Program-made: the position numbers and the translations under genes | Notes under the pieces: generated by a model | The model's database searches: none | Told to the model about the DNA's origin: nothing | The model's input: only the letters and a program-made list of their open reading frames with translations | Shown here: piece by piece, positions 1 through 8,365 of the stretch | Layout of the letters: each line of letters opens with the position of its first letter | Position numbering within the stretch: position 1 is the first letter of the stretch | Source of the DNA: Candidatus Uhrbacteria bacterium | GTDB taxonomy: Bacteria; Patescibacteriota; Patescibacteriia; UBA9934; GWF2-40-263 | Assembly: GCA_016188475.1 (NCBI GenBank) | Contig: JACPHT010000006.1 | Coordinates: 2,330 to 66,329, forward strand | DNA: 64,000 nt | Reading direction: 5' to 3'

Positions 1-489
1 TTGGATACAAAAGTTGTTCAACCAAAAACTGCATCAACAGCATCAAAGGAAGATCGAGCCGCTATGTTGATTCTCGGACTTTATGTGATGGACCCAGGAG
101 CTTTTCCTGAACTCTCTGCTGATATACATTTTCCAGAAAACAGCTCTTCATTAACTGTTGAGCTTTACACTCTTGCCAAAAGGCTTTACAATTCTTCCAA
201 CACTGCACAAAAACAATCTTTTTTTTCGAGGCTTGAAAATCACCTAAAAAGCGAGTCAAGAGAAGACCTTGTAAAGCTTCTCATAGAAATTTATTTTCTC
301 GCTGAAACAGCATTTTCACAATTGCCATCCGAAAATGTGCAGAAACAACTTAATATGCTCCTTTTGCTTCTGCGTCATTCAGAAGCGCAGAACAAACGCA
401 AAAATATAGCGATGGAGTTACGCCAAGCCGAACATGCCGGCGACAAGGAAACTGTTAAACGGCTTCTTTCAGAGTTAAATCATTTTTGA
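1..489 (+). CDS. hypothetical protein, 5' end truncated by window edge
   Basis: Open frame runs from base 1 to the stop at 489, so the 5' end lies outside the window. No recognisable motifs. Confidence 0.3.
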   Translation: MDTKVVQPKTASTASKEDRAAMLILGLYVMDPGAFPELSADIHFPENSSSLTVELYTLAKRLYNSSNTAQKQSFFSRLENHLKSESREDLVKLLIEIYFLAETAFSQLPSENVQKQLNMLLLLLRHSEAQNKRKNIAMELRQAEHAGDKETVKRLLSELNHF

Positions 490-490
490 G

Positions 491-1762
491 GTGAGCATGA
501 TTTTTTTTGGTATGAATAAGACAAAGAAAAAGAACAAGAAATTTGATAAGAACAAAAAAAAGCACGTGAAAAAAGTTGTAAAAAAACACGTGGCGAGAAA
601 ACGACAAGAACCGAGTAAGAAATTTGTATCAAAAAAGGTTCAACCAGAGCGTGTTCGCTATAAGCGAGCTGAACCTCCGTCTGTTGAGGTCATAAACAAA
701 ATTCTCGAGAAAGGAAAACAGCGCGGATACATTACTGAAAATGAAGTTCTGTTTACATTCACAGAAGTCGAGGATTATGTTGATTTTTTTGAAGAATTTT
801 TGGATCGTATGGAACGACTCGGGATTCATTTTATTGAACTCAAAGAAGGAATTCTTGGTCGTGAAGTAGAACGTGGGGAAGTGTATGACAAAATTCGTCT
901 CACGCATGAGCGGCAGAAAGGCGCGGCAATTCCAGAGCTGACTCAAGATTCAATTCAAATGTATTTACGCGAGATCGGAAAGATTCCATTGCTCAATGGT
1001 GAACAGGAAGTTTCACTTGCAAAACGAAAAGAGCGAAATGAAAAAGAGGCTGAACGTCGTTTGATCGAAGCAAACTTGCGCCTTGTTGTTTCGATTGCAA
1101 AAAAGTTCGTTGGAAAACAAATGTCGCTATTGGATTTGATTCAGGAGGGGAACATCGGACTTTTTCGAGCTGTAAAAAAATTCGATTATCGAAAAGGTTA
1201 CAAGTTTTCAACTTACGCGACTTGGTGGATCAGGCAAGCAATCACGCGCGCGCTTGCTGATCAGTCGCGTACAATTCGTATCCCGGTTCACATGGTTGAA
1301 ACAATAAATCGTTTTCAACAAATTGAACGCCAACTTATTCAAGACTTGGGTCGTGAACCTCTTCCGGAAGAAATTGCCGCGGAAATGGGAGAGTCAATTT
1401 CCAAAGTCCGTCATATTCGAAAAATTTCTCAAGAGACAGTGTCGCTTGAAACGTCTGTTGGTGATGATGATGAAGACTCAAAACTTGAAGACTTTTTGGA
1501 AGACGTCAAAACGATTTCGCCGGATCGTCAGGCCGCTCGAGAACTTTTAAAAGATTATGTTACAAAAGCAATGGAAGGATTAACGCCGCGCGAACAAAAG
1601 ATTTTGGAAATGCGTTTTGGTTTAACAGATGGAGTCAGTCATACACTTGAAGAAGTCGGCCGTGAGTTTGATGTGACACGCGAACGCATTAGGCAAATTG
1701 AAGCAAAAGCGCTTGAAAAGATACAAGCAGATCCACTAATTGAAAAATTGAGAGACTATTAG
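491..1762 (+). CDS. rpoD: RNA polymerase sigma factor RpoD (sigma-70) with Lys-rich N-terminal extension
   Basis: Region 2 ([12 protein letters not shown]), region 3 and region 4 ([15 protein letters not shown]...[21 protein letters not shown]) motifs are present. N-terminus is K-rich ([17 protein letters not shown]). Confidence 0.9.
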   Translation: MSMIFFGMNKTKKKNKKFDKNKKKHVKKVVKKHVARKRQEPSKKFVSKKVQPERVRYKRAEPPSVEVINKILEKGKQRGYITENEVLFTFTEVEDYVDFFEEFLDRMERLGIHFIELKEGILGREVERGEVYDKIRLTHERQKGAAIPELTQDSIQMYLREIGKIPLLNGEQEVSLAKRKERNEKEAERRLIEANLRLVVSIAKKFVGKQMSLLDLIQEGNIGLFRAVKKFDYRKGYKFSTYATWWIRQAITRALADQSRTIRIPVHMVETINRFQQIERQLIQDLGREPLPEEIAAEMGESISKVRHIRKISQETVSLETSVGDDDEDSKLEDFLEDVKTISPDRQAARELLKDYVTKAMEGLTPREQKILEMRFGLTDGVSHTLEEVGREFDVTRERIRQIEAKALEKIQADPLIEKLRDY

Positions 1763-1813
1763 TTTGCAACGTTGTGAAATACTCGGCGATATACTAATTG
1801 CAAAGTCATAAAT

Positions 1814-2467
1814 ATGGCAATTAACGAAAAGGAGGTGATCGCTAATGCTCAACAAGACCCAGAGGCGTTCGGGCAGTTGTACGATGAGTACTACAAGCCC
1901 ATCTTTGGGTTTATGTACAGCAGAACCGGAAACAACGAAGTCGCAAAGGATTTAACAAGCGAAACTTTTTTTCAAGCTCTTAAAAATCTTCATCGATTTA
2001 AGTATCGAGAAGGCATATCGATTAAGTCTTGGCTTTTTGCGATTGCGGTTTCACAAATTGGAAATTATTTTCGCCAAAGAGCGAAAGTTTTTGAAGTAAC
2101 AATTGATGAAGCGCCGGAGATAATCGAACGTGATGAATTTCGGCCTGACGTTGCATTTCAAATTGGTGAAGACGTGGAAGAAGTAAGGAACAAGATAGTT
2201 CAATTGCGGCGCGTGATGAAACAGTTAAATCAAAAACAACAAGATATAATCACACTGAGATTTTTTTCGAAAATGACAATTCCAGATATCGCCGCAACAA
2301 TGAAAATGAAAGAGGGAACGATCAAATCGCATATTCATCGAGCGATTAAAAAAATGTCTGTTCTAATGATTCAAGAATCAAATGCGATTCAAGAATCAAA
2401 TGAGTCGACCAAGTCAGCTCAAAACGTATATGTCTTCCATTCTGAACCAAATCGAAGAAATGCTTGA
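1814..2467 (+). CDS. ECF-type sigma-70 family sigma factor
   Basis: Sigma-70 region 2 (FGFMYSRTGN...DLTSETFFQALKNL) and region 4 HTH (DIITLRFFSKMTIPDIAATMKMKEGTIKSHIHRAIKKM). Confidence 0.75.
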   Translation: MAINEKEVIANAQQDPEAFGQLYDEYYKPIFGFMYSRTGNNEVAKDLTSETFFQALKNLHRFKYREGISIKSWLFAIAVSQIGNYFRQRAKVFEVTIDEAPEIIERDEFRPDVAFQIGEDVEEVRNKIVQLRRVMKQLNQKQQDIITLRFFSKMTIPDIAATMKMKEGTIKSHIHRAIKKMSVLMIQESNAIQESNESTKSAQNVYVFHSEPNRRNA

Positions 2468-2837
2468 ACGTTTGGGATCTATCCAAACTCCTGAAGAAAC
2501 AGCGCATCGTTATGAATTGCGACGCGAGCTTTTGTGTTCTAGATATTTCAATAAAAGCATCGAGCAACAAAAGTGGAATCGCTTAATGACGTTTACGGTT
2601 CCGCTTTTTGCTGGAGGAGCGCTTGTTGTTGTTTTTACAATAGCAAGCGTAACGATAAATGAATCATCACAAACTGAGTCGCCGATTGTTTCACGTTCAT
2701 CGCAAATGATTACAGCGTCAACTGAAACTTTTGATTCAAAGATAGAGTTAATAAATAGCGATCAGTTTTTATCGCCTGTTGATGAGATGGTTAAATTTGT
2801 CCCTGTGCACACAGCTTCATTTGAATTTGCACAATAG
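2382..2837 (+). CDS. putative anti-sigma factor, single-pass membrane protein
   Basis: Overlaps the 3' end of the ECF sigma gene. One TM segment (LMTFTVPLFAGGALVVVFTIASV). Real start may be the ATG at 2460, which overlaps the sigma TGA stop at 2465-2467. Confidence 0.4.
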   Translation: MRFKNQMSRPSQLKTYMSSILNQIEEMLERLGSIQTPEETAHRYELRRELLCSRYFNKSIEQQKWNRLMTFTVPLFAGGALVVVFTIASVTINESSQTESPIVSRSSQMITASTETFDSKIELINSDQFLSPVDEMVKFVPVHTASFEFAQ

Positions 2838-2941
2838 ATTTTTTATTTTCGATCCGCCTATTGACAACTTCTTGCGCGTCCGTTCTCATTTGGTATTATG
2901 TTTTTACTAATTCATAACGATCTTTGAATAAAATAAGACGT

Positions 2942-3082
2942 ATGTTTTGTCCATTCAGTTTTGACATTGGAGACGATGATTGGGGAAATGGCGATGATGA
3001 TGGTTTGGCAGAAGAAGCCACGACAGATGTCGACGACGACGAAGATGGCGCAAGCGACGACGAAGAGAACGAAGATTGGTAA
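2942..3082 (+). CDS. small acidic peptide (46 aa, D/E-rich)
   Basis: ATG at 2942 to TAA at 3080-3082. About 50% Asp/Glu. Followed by a weak hairpin (cgggc-ctaagaa-gcccg-tttt) at 3091-3111. Coding status is uncertain. Confidence 0.2.
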   Translation: MFCPFSFDIGDDDWGNGDDDGLAEEATTDVDDDEDGASDDEENEDW

Positions 3083-3115
3083 ATATAAAGCGGGCCTAAG
3101 AAGCCCGTTTTATGT

Positions 3116-3143
3116 TTGACAATTTTGTAAAAAAGTGTAAGAT
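3116..3143 (+). promoter_or_regulatory. candidate sigma-70 promoter TTGACA-16-TAAGAT
   Basis: TTGACA at 3116-3121 and TAAGAT at 3138-3143, upstream of an AAGGGGG SD (3162-3168) and the ATG at 3175. Confidence 0.25.
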
Positions 3144-3174
3144 CATTCGGTCAGCTATGCAAAGGGGGATGATA

Positions 3175-3930
3175 ATGAGAAGGTTCGGCCGTTGGCTCAA
3201 GGATCCGAAGTTCGGACCTGTGCAAGGGCTTTCAAAATCAGTGGGACGTTGGCTTTCCGATCATTTCACAGCCAATCAAGTGACGCTCATCGGGCTTGTT
3301 ATCTGCATACCGATGTCTCTCTTTTTCATGCTCGATCAATACATTGTCGGAGCGACCTTGCTTACCATAAGTCTTATCACGGATTTTATGGACGGCGCAT
3401 TGAGTCGCTATCAGCAAGGTTCACGACCAGCGATGACACTTGATGAGGAAGTGTCTCTGACACTCTGGAAGCGCGTCAATTATCGAGGTGTCACACACCT
3501 TGGTCGCACACTTGATCCGCTCGCAGACAAACTACGGTTCTTTCTTGTTCTTTATTCGCTTGGAATCGGTTATGTCGCAAACTGTGTGATCGTGTTGCTG
3601 ACGGTTGTTGCTGTTTGTCTGACGCTCATGCGTCCGATCAAACAGTATCTCAAGCTCGATAACGTGAGCAGTAACCGATTCGGGAAAATCAAAATCTGGG
3701 CGGAGATCATTGGAATGGCATTTCTGGTTTTCGTACCAGAGGGCTATCATCATCCAACGATCGTAACGATAGTGAACACTGTTTTCATTTTCGCGCTCGC
3801 GTTTGGAGTGTTTTCTCTGCTCGGACACATCTTCACAGGGTATCTCTCATATCGCAGGCGTAGTTGGCAAAGAATAAAGACGGCCATTCCTGTTACAGTC
3901 GAATCTACTGATACCGACGACGACTTCTGA
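3175..3930 (+). CDS. CDP-alcohol phosphatidyltransferase family protein
   Basis: Motif DFMDGALSRY...GRTLDPLADK matches the D-G-x2-A-R...G-x3-D-x3-D signature. Multiple TM segments. Start was moved from the track's 3112 to the ATG at 3175, which has an SD. Confidence 0.6.
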   Translation: MRRFGRWLKDPKFGPVQGLSKSVGRWLSDHFTANQVTLIGLVICIPMSLFFMLDQYIVGATLLTISLITDFMDGALSRYQQGSRPAMTLDEEVSLTLWKRVNYRGVTHLGRTLDPLADKLRFFLVLYSLGIGYVANCVIVLLTVVAVCLTLMRPIKQYLKLDNVSSNRFGKIKIWAEIIGMAFLVFVPEGYHHPTIVTIVNTVFIFALAFGVFSLLGHIFTGYLSYRRRSWQRIKTAIPVTVESTDTDDDF

Positions 3931-5140
3931 AGCCTGACCGGGCTTCTTTTTTTGGCCATCTTGGACCTTTCGGACCTCTGTAACCTCTGTATTGTGGTTG
4001 TTCTGGCGCGACTGGCTCGCCAGACGGAGTTTTCATTGCAAGTGTTTTTCTAATAAGCCTTTCAATTCCGCGAACATCTGCTTTTTGTTCAGGCGCCGCG
4101 AACGAAATCGCTTTGCCAGTTTTTCCAGCGCGTCCTGTTCGCCCGATTCTATGAACATAATCTTCCAGATGATCCGGCAAATCAAAATTCAAAACAAGCT
4201 CAATGTTTTTTACATCAATTCCTCGCGCTGCAATATCTGTTGCAACCAAAACGCGATACTTGCCAGACGAAAAACCTCTTAAAGCATCTTGGCGCTGGTT
4301 TTGTGAACGATTGGAATGAATCTCGGTAACAGTGTGATTCATTTGCTTAATCATGCGCGCGACTTTTGTTGCTCCGTGTTTTGTTCGTGTGAACAAAAGT
4401 ACGGTTCCTTTGTATTCCTTAAGTAGTCGTTCGAGCAGTTGGGCTTTTTCTGTTTTTGAGACTATGTAAACTTCTTGATCAACTTTTTCAATCGTTGTTC
4501 CAGATGGAGCGACCTCGATTCGCAAAGGTTGTTTCATGTATGTTCGCGCGATCTTTGCAATTTCCTCCGGCATTGTCGCAGAAAACAACATTGTTTGACG
4601 ATCAGTCGGAACAGTAACAAGAATTTTTTTAAGTTGTGGAGCAAATCCCATATCAAGCATGCGATCCGCTTCATCAAGCACTAACACTCCAACGCGATCA
4701 AGTTTCAAGTTTCTTTGTTCGAGATGATCAATAAGACGACCGGGTGTCGCAACAATGACGTGCGGTTTTGCGCGAAGTTGTCTTATTTGCGGATTCATTG
4801 GCACTCCGCCTATGAGCACGGCTGTGCGAAGACCCATTGTTATTCCAATTTTTCGTATGACTTCATCAACCTGAACAGCAAGCTCGCGAGTAGGGAGGAG
4901 AACAAGCCCCATTTTTGAACGCGCTGACATTTGTTGAAGCATCGGAATTGTAAAAGCAAGCGTCTTTCCAGTACCGGTTTGCGCAATTCCAATAAGATCT
5001 TCGCCTGTTGCGGCAACTGGAATTGCTTTGAATTGAATCGGTGTTGGATGCTTAAACCCAAGTTTTTCAAGTCTTTCTAAAAGCGTTGGAGCGATTCCTA
5101 ATCCGAAAAAGGTTTGTTCTTGAAGTTCTTCTCTAGGCAT
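3905..5140 (-). CDS. DEAD-box ATP-dependent RNA helicase
   Basis: Q motif (FKHPTPIQ), motif I AQTGTGKT, DEAD box (VLDEAD), SAT, HRIGRTGRAG. Start set at MPREELQ (5140). Arg/Gly-rich C-terminal tail. Confidence 0.85.
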   Translation of the reverse strand: MPREELQEQTFFGLGIAPTLLERLEKLGFKHPTPIQFKAIPVAATGEDLIGIAQTGTGKTLAFTIPMLQQMSARSKMGLVLLPTRELAVQVDEVIRKIGITMGLRTAVLIGGVPMNPQIRQLRAKPHVIVATPGRLIDHLEQRNLKLDRVGVLVLDEADRMLDMGFAPQLKKILVTVPTDRQTMLFSATMPEEIAKIARTYMKQPLRIEVAPSGTTIEKVDQEVYIVSKTEKAQLLERLLKEYKGTVLLFTRTKHGATKVARMIKQMNHTVTEIHSNRSQNQRQDALRGFSSGKYRVLVATDIAARGIDVKNIELVLNFDLPDHLEDYVHRIGRTGRAGKTGKAISFAAPEQKADVRGIERLIRKTLAMKTPSGEPVAPEQPQYRGYRGPKGPRWPKKEARSGFRSRRRYQ

Positions 5141-5213
5141 ATATGCATGGAGTCTATCAAATTTCTCAAATTTTAGCAATAAAAAAAGCTGAAGTGATGA
5201 AGTTTGATTCAGA

Positions 5214-5717
5214 TTGACGAAATTGTTTTTATTGATTACGCTCAAAAGCGTCCGTTTTCAGGACGATCAAAACGAGGTAAAAAAAGTGGAAGCTATGAGA
5301 GGAGTCAGACTTAATCTTGAAAAACGTCTGAAAGCAACTTTCGGAAACTCGATCACATGCGAACAGACTGAAATAGGAATGGCTGGAAGCGGCGGATTCG
5401 CGGTTGATCATGATCAGCAAGCCACTATCACAGCAATGCAATTCAGAAACGATGGTCTTTTCGTGAAGATATGTGAGAACACTTGGTATATTGTTCTCCG
5501 AATCAAGACGAGCAACATGATCAAGGTGGATGAATTTGTTCGAACACAGATTCCTTGCAAAGCACCAAAGACAGAGTGGCCGCCTACTGATGTCGAAGAC
5601 AGGTATCGGAAGTTTCGACGACAACTTCGTTCTGCTAGGTTTTACTGTGGAACTCTTTTGTCCGCTGTACTGCGAGCTCCAGTTCGAATGTTTTCTCGTC
5701 ATCGTCGTTCAACGTAA
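5214..5717 (+). CDS. hypothetical protein (uncertain; an overlapping ORF is open on the opposite strand)
   Basis: 504-nt ORF with no recognisable motifs. An intrinsic terminator lies immediately downstream on the + strand. A - strand ORF 5229..5702 is equally open. Confidence 0.2.
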   Translation: MTKLFLLITLKSVRFQDDQNEVKKVEAMRGVRLNLEKRLKATFGNSITCEQTEIGMAGSGGFAVDHDQQATITAMQFRNDGLFVKICENTWYIVLRIKTSNMIKVDEFVRTQIPCKAPKTEWPPTDVEDRYRKFRRQLRSARFYCGTLLSAVLRAPVRMFSRHRRST

Positions 5718-5747
5718 AACTTGCGTGATAAACGCGCGACTATTCTT

Positions 5748-5771
5748 ACGACCCATTCGGGTCGTTTTTTA
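5748..5771 (+). terminator. rho-independent terminator (acgaccc-attc-gggtcgt + T6)
   Basis: Stem 5748-5754 / 5759-5765, followed by TTTTTT. Confidence 0.5.
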
Positions 5772-6647
5772 TTTCAACTTTTCCTGAATCCAAGCGATAA
5801 TATGTTTTCTAAATTTTAAATTCGGTAGGTCTTTCAAAAGTTCAGCAGTCTTATCATCCAAACAAAGAATTTTTGATGAACCTTTTTCGAGATCTTTAAA
5901 GTTTACGAATGTATAATCTGATTTTTCTGTTTTTTGAATTTCTTTCATCATACTCATGATTTCTTCTCGACGTTCAGCAAGTAGTTTATCAACGCCGATA
6001 ATTTCAATCTGACCAATCGCGAAGGTTTTTTCTTCAATGACAATCGTTTTCAAATCGCCAAACAAAATTTCGCGCAGTCGATTACCTGATAAGTCGGACT
6101 TCGCAATGAACATTTTTTGTGCGAGATCATCTGGAGCGTTTGAAATTTGTTTTAACCAATCAGCCATTTCTCGATCGCGATCAGTTGAAATTCCCGTGAA
6201 ATTTTCTGTGTTAGAAATGATTGCTCCATAAAGAAACATCGCTGATTCTTTTGACGGTTTAATGTTTTCTTTTTTGAATCGTTCGGCAACTAGAGTTGCG
6301 GAAGCGCCTACAAGTTCAATTTGTGAAATTGCATTTGGAAAAGCTTTAATGTTGTTGATTCGTCTGTGGTCAATTATTTCGATAACTTGTTTGACTTGAA
6401 GCGGTTTTGGAAGATCATCAGGTGAACTTGCATCCAAAAGAACGACTTCAGTTGTTGTGTCGTCTGTTGGACCTTTTGCCTGCGGAAGTTTGAACCTATC
6501 CATAAACCATTGAACTTCAAGATGCGGCGTTCCCCAAATCCGGGTATGAGCGTCTTTTCCTTTTGTTTGAAGAAGTTCCGCGTATGCCATCGCTGATCCG
6601 TATCCATCAAGATCAGGATTTTCGTATGATGTAGTGATAGTTTTCAT
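5769..6647 (-). CDS. DHH-family phosphoesterase; resembles family II (Mn-dependent) inorganic pyrophosphatase / NrnA-like
   Basis: N-terminal YENPDLDGYGSAMAY (HxNPDxDxxxS-like) and a DHH-like IDHR motif. About 300 aa. Start placed at MKTITT. Confidence 0.55.
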   Translation of the reverse strand: MKTITTSYENPDLDGYGSAMAYAELLQTKGKDAHTRIWGTPHLEVQWFMDRFKLPQAKGPTDDTTTEVVLLDASSPDDLPKPLQVKQVIEIIDHRRINNIKAFPNAISQIELVGASATLVAERFKKENIKPSKESAMFLYGAIISNTENFTGISTDRDREMADWLKQISNAPDDLAQKMFIAKSDLSGNRLREILFGDLKTIVIEEKTFAIGQIEIIGVDKLLAERREEIMSMMKEIQKTEKSDYTFVNFKDLEKGSSKILCLDDKTAELLKDLPNLKFRKHIIAWIQEKLK

Positions 6648-6723
6648 ATAAAAATATTTTATCATACAGTGAGACACATCAAATAAAAACCACCCTCAAA
6701 TCGAGGGTGGCTTACAACGAAAT

Positions 6724-6924
6724 TTATACGCGAGTTACATTGACAGCGGCTGGTCCTTTTGGGCCAGAGTTGTCGATCTCGAAGTTGACTGTGTCGCCAA
6801 CGTTCAACTCGTCATATGTCACACCTTGGAGCTCTTTTGAGTGGAAGAAAAGATCCTTTGCCTCGCCTTCGCGAGAAATGAATCCAAATCCCTTTTCCGT
6901 AAGAGTCTTGATTGTTCCTGTCAT
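6724..6924 (-). CDS. cspA: cold-shock protein (CspA family)
   Basis: 66 aa. MTGTIKTLTEKGFGFI...FFH motifs (RNP1/RNP2). Confidence 0.9.
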   Translation of the reverse strand: MTGTIKTLTEKGFGFISREGEAKDLFFHSKELQGVTYDELNVGDTVNFEIDNSGPKGPAAVNVTRV

Positions 6925-7224
6925 ACGAATGTGTTTTGGTTGCTTATTTTGAAACTCGACTTTGTTTCTATGTCTAAATGACAGCGATAGTATAGATTAA
7001 GTCTCTGATTTTAGCAAGGGCTTGTTAAACCCATAAGCAGCCAATGTCCTTGTCTAGAGTTTGATGCTTTGTTATAATCACGTCGTTCTTAATAATGAAC
7101 ATTCGGGGGTTCCGCCAGAGGCGGACTGACCTTTTTTGTCAGAGCTTCAGTGCTGCGCCCGCCTTTGGCGGGGCAGAGCAGTTTCAGCCTTAGGCTGACC
7201 CGCCTTTGGCGGGGGCTGTTGATT

Positions 7225-7473
7225 ATGTCTTATACAATTTATATTCTGCGCAGTCTCAAAAATGAGAAACGATACATTGGTTATACTGGGAAAAGTGTTG
7301 ATGAAAGATTCCATGAACATTTATCCGGTACGAATCAATGGACTCGACAGAACGGTCCGTTCATTTTGATTCATACTGAGTCATTCAATGACAAAGAATC
7401 AGCCATTAAACGTGAACGTTTTCTAAAAAGCGGTCAAGGTCGTAAATGGCTTGATGAAAATATTCGGGGGTAG
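7225..7473 (+). CDS. GIY-YIG nuclease superfamily protein (YhbQ/UPF0213-like)
   Basis: YTIYILRS...RYIGYTGKSVDERFHEHLSG matches the GIY-YIG core. Its stop codon TAG (7471-7473) lies inside the tRNA 5' exon. Confidence 0.7.
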   Translation: MSYTIYILRSLKNEKRYIGYTGKSVDERFHEHLSGTNQWTRQNGPFILIHTESFNDKESAIKRERFLKSGQGRKWLDENIRG

Positions 7474-7782
7474 CTCAGTGGCAGAGCAGTTGGCTGTGAC
7501 CAGGATCAGACGGTCCAAATAGCAGCTTCCGGTGGAAACATCGGATGAAAAATGAGGTGAATTGCTGGAAGTCTTCGATGAAAATATCTTGATAATCAGC
7601 AGCCAAGCCCCGCTACAGCGGGGAAGGTTCAGAGACTATCCGAAAGGAGTACTGTTTCGACTTTGGTTGAAACGGGAAGCGCCTCACGCCCTTTTGGGCG
7701 ATGATATAGTCCACCCCTTTGGGAAACCAGAGGATTATGTGTAACCAATTGGTCGTGGGTTCGAATCCCACCCCCCGAGCCA
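7464..7782 (+). tRNA. tRNA-Asn(GUU) interrupted by a 244-nt group I intron (exons 7464-7497 and 7742-7782; CCA encoded)
   Basis: The exons rebuild a canonical tRNA. Acceptor UCGGGGG/CCCCCGA; D arm GCUC-AGUGGCA-GAGC; anticodon stem GUUGG/CCAAU; loop CUGU|UAA; V loop UGGUC; T arm GUGGG-UUCGAAU-CCCAC; G73; CCA. U1 and G73 match bacterial tRNA-Asn. The alternative splice junction CU|UGUAA would give Thr(UGU). Confidence 0.7.
7498..7741 (+). ncRNA. group I self-splicing intron (IC3-like) in the tRNA anticodon loop
   Basis: P element AATTGCTGGAA at 7560-7570, Q AATCAGCAGC at 7594-7603, R GTTCAGAGACTA at 7627-7638, S GATATAGTCC at 7703-7712. Candidate IGS GCAGCU (7522-7527) pairs with exon GGCUGU (7492-7497) with U.G at the splice site. 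Terminal G is 7741. No ORF inside. Confidence 0.75.
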
Positions 7783-7971
7783 AAAAACAACCATCGTAAG
7801 TAAGATGGTTGTTTTTTGGCTCCGAACCCTGAACGAAATCCGAACTTTTTTTAGCGAAAATCCGAACGCTGAATTTTGAAAAATTTTTAAGCTCGGGCGG
7901 GCAAAAAGGAAGGAGGTTGGGGGGAAGGAATTTTTGCCCGCCCTCGCTTTTCCGCCGCCGCCGAATTTCGT
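7782..7971. repeat. left arm (IR-L) of a ~190-bp near-perfect inverted repeat flanking the 5-kb cassette
   Basis: The reverse complement of 12953-13143 matches this arm with one substitution (ggaaggagg vs ggaagaagg) and one extra A in the A-run. Contains the terminator hairpin and a nested GGGCGGGCAAAAA...TTTTTGCCCGCCC hairpin. Confidence 0.85.
7783..7820 (+). terminator. rho-independent terminator after the tRNA (aacaaccatc-gtaagtaa-gatggttgtt + T6)
   Basis: A perfect 10-bp stem followed by TTTTTT directly after CCA. It forms the outer part of the left inverted repeat. Confidence 0.6.
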
Positions 7972-8049
7972 ATTTCGCTTTGCGAAATGCGCCGCCAAAG
8001 AAGATGTTGCCCTTGCCCCAGCCCTCCCGTGCGCGGGCAACGACAAGGA

Positions 8050-8147
8050 ACTCCCTTTTGTCTTTACGAATCTCAATAAATTTGATAATATAGTAATAAA
8101 TTAAGCAATATAAATCGCTATTACTTTAATTATAGTAATATATTACA
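8050..8147 (+). promoter_or_regulatory. AT-rich promoter/operator region upstream of the XRE gene with repeated TAGTAATA motifs
   Basis: tagtaataaatt...attacttt...tagtaatatattac repeats sit immediately 5' of 8148. Possible C-box-like operator (inference). Confidence 0.3.
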
Positions 8148-8363
8148 ATGTCGTCAATAAACAAATCCACTATCGCAGAGAATATGAAGAAATACCGAAA
8201 CAAGCTCGGTATTTCTCAAGATAGGCTCTCAAAACTTGCTGATGTTACCTATAACACGATTATCAAGATTGAATCGGGAGCAAACATCAACCCAACCATA
8301 GAAACGCTGTCTAAAATCGCCAAAGCGCTTAATGTTGGCGTTGATGATTTAATACAGAAATAA
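8148..8363 (+). CDS. XRE-family HTH transcriptional regulator (controller-protein-like)
   Basis: 71 aa. HTH_XRE pattern LGISQDRLSKLADVTYNTIIKIESG. The next gene starts 2 nt after its stop. Confidence 0.75.
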   Translation: MSSINKSTIAENMKKYRNKLGISQDRLSKLADVTYNTIIKIESGANINPTIETLSKIAKALNVGVDDLIQK

Positions 8364-8365
8364 TT

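Noticed and set aside
3112-3174. Upstream extension of the CDP-alcohol phosphatidyltransferase ORF from the ATG at 3112
   Set aside because: The extension overlaps the candidate -35/-10 promoter hexamers. A good SD (AAGGGGG) precedes the ATG at 3175.
5280-5720. RNase P RNA, SRP RNA or 6S RNA candidate in the ambiguous locus
   Set aside because: None of the conserved blocks I know for these RNAs (for example the RNase P P4 region, the SRP GGAAGCAGCC domain IV loop) are present.
7464-7782. Possibility that this locus is a tmRNA (ssrA) rather than an intron-containing tRNA
   Set aside because: It has a genuine D arm (GCUC-AGUGGCA-GAGC) and anticodon stem. The insert carries the group I P/Q/R/S elements rather than a tag-peptide reading frame or pseudoknots.
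7735-8076. 113-aa ORF on the - strand
   Set aside because: It lies entirely over the tRNA 3' exon, its terminator and the GC-rich inverted repeat. It is Gly/Ala/Arg-rich, which is a translation artefact of the repeat.
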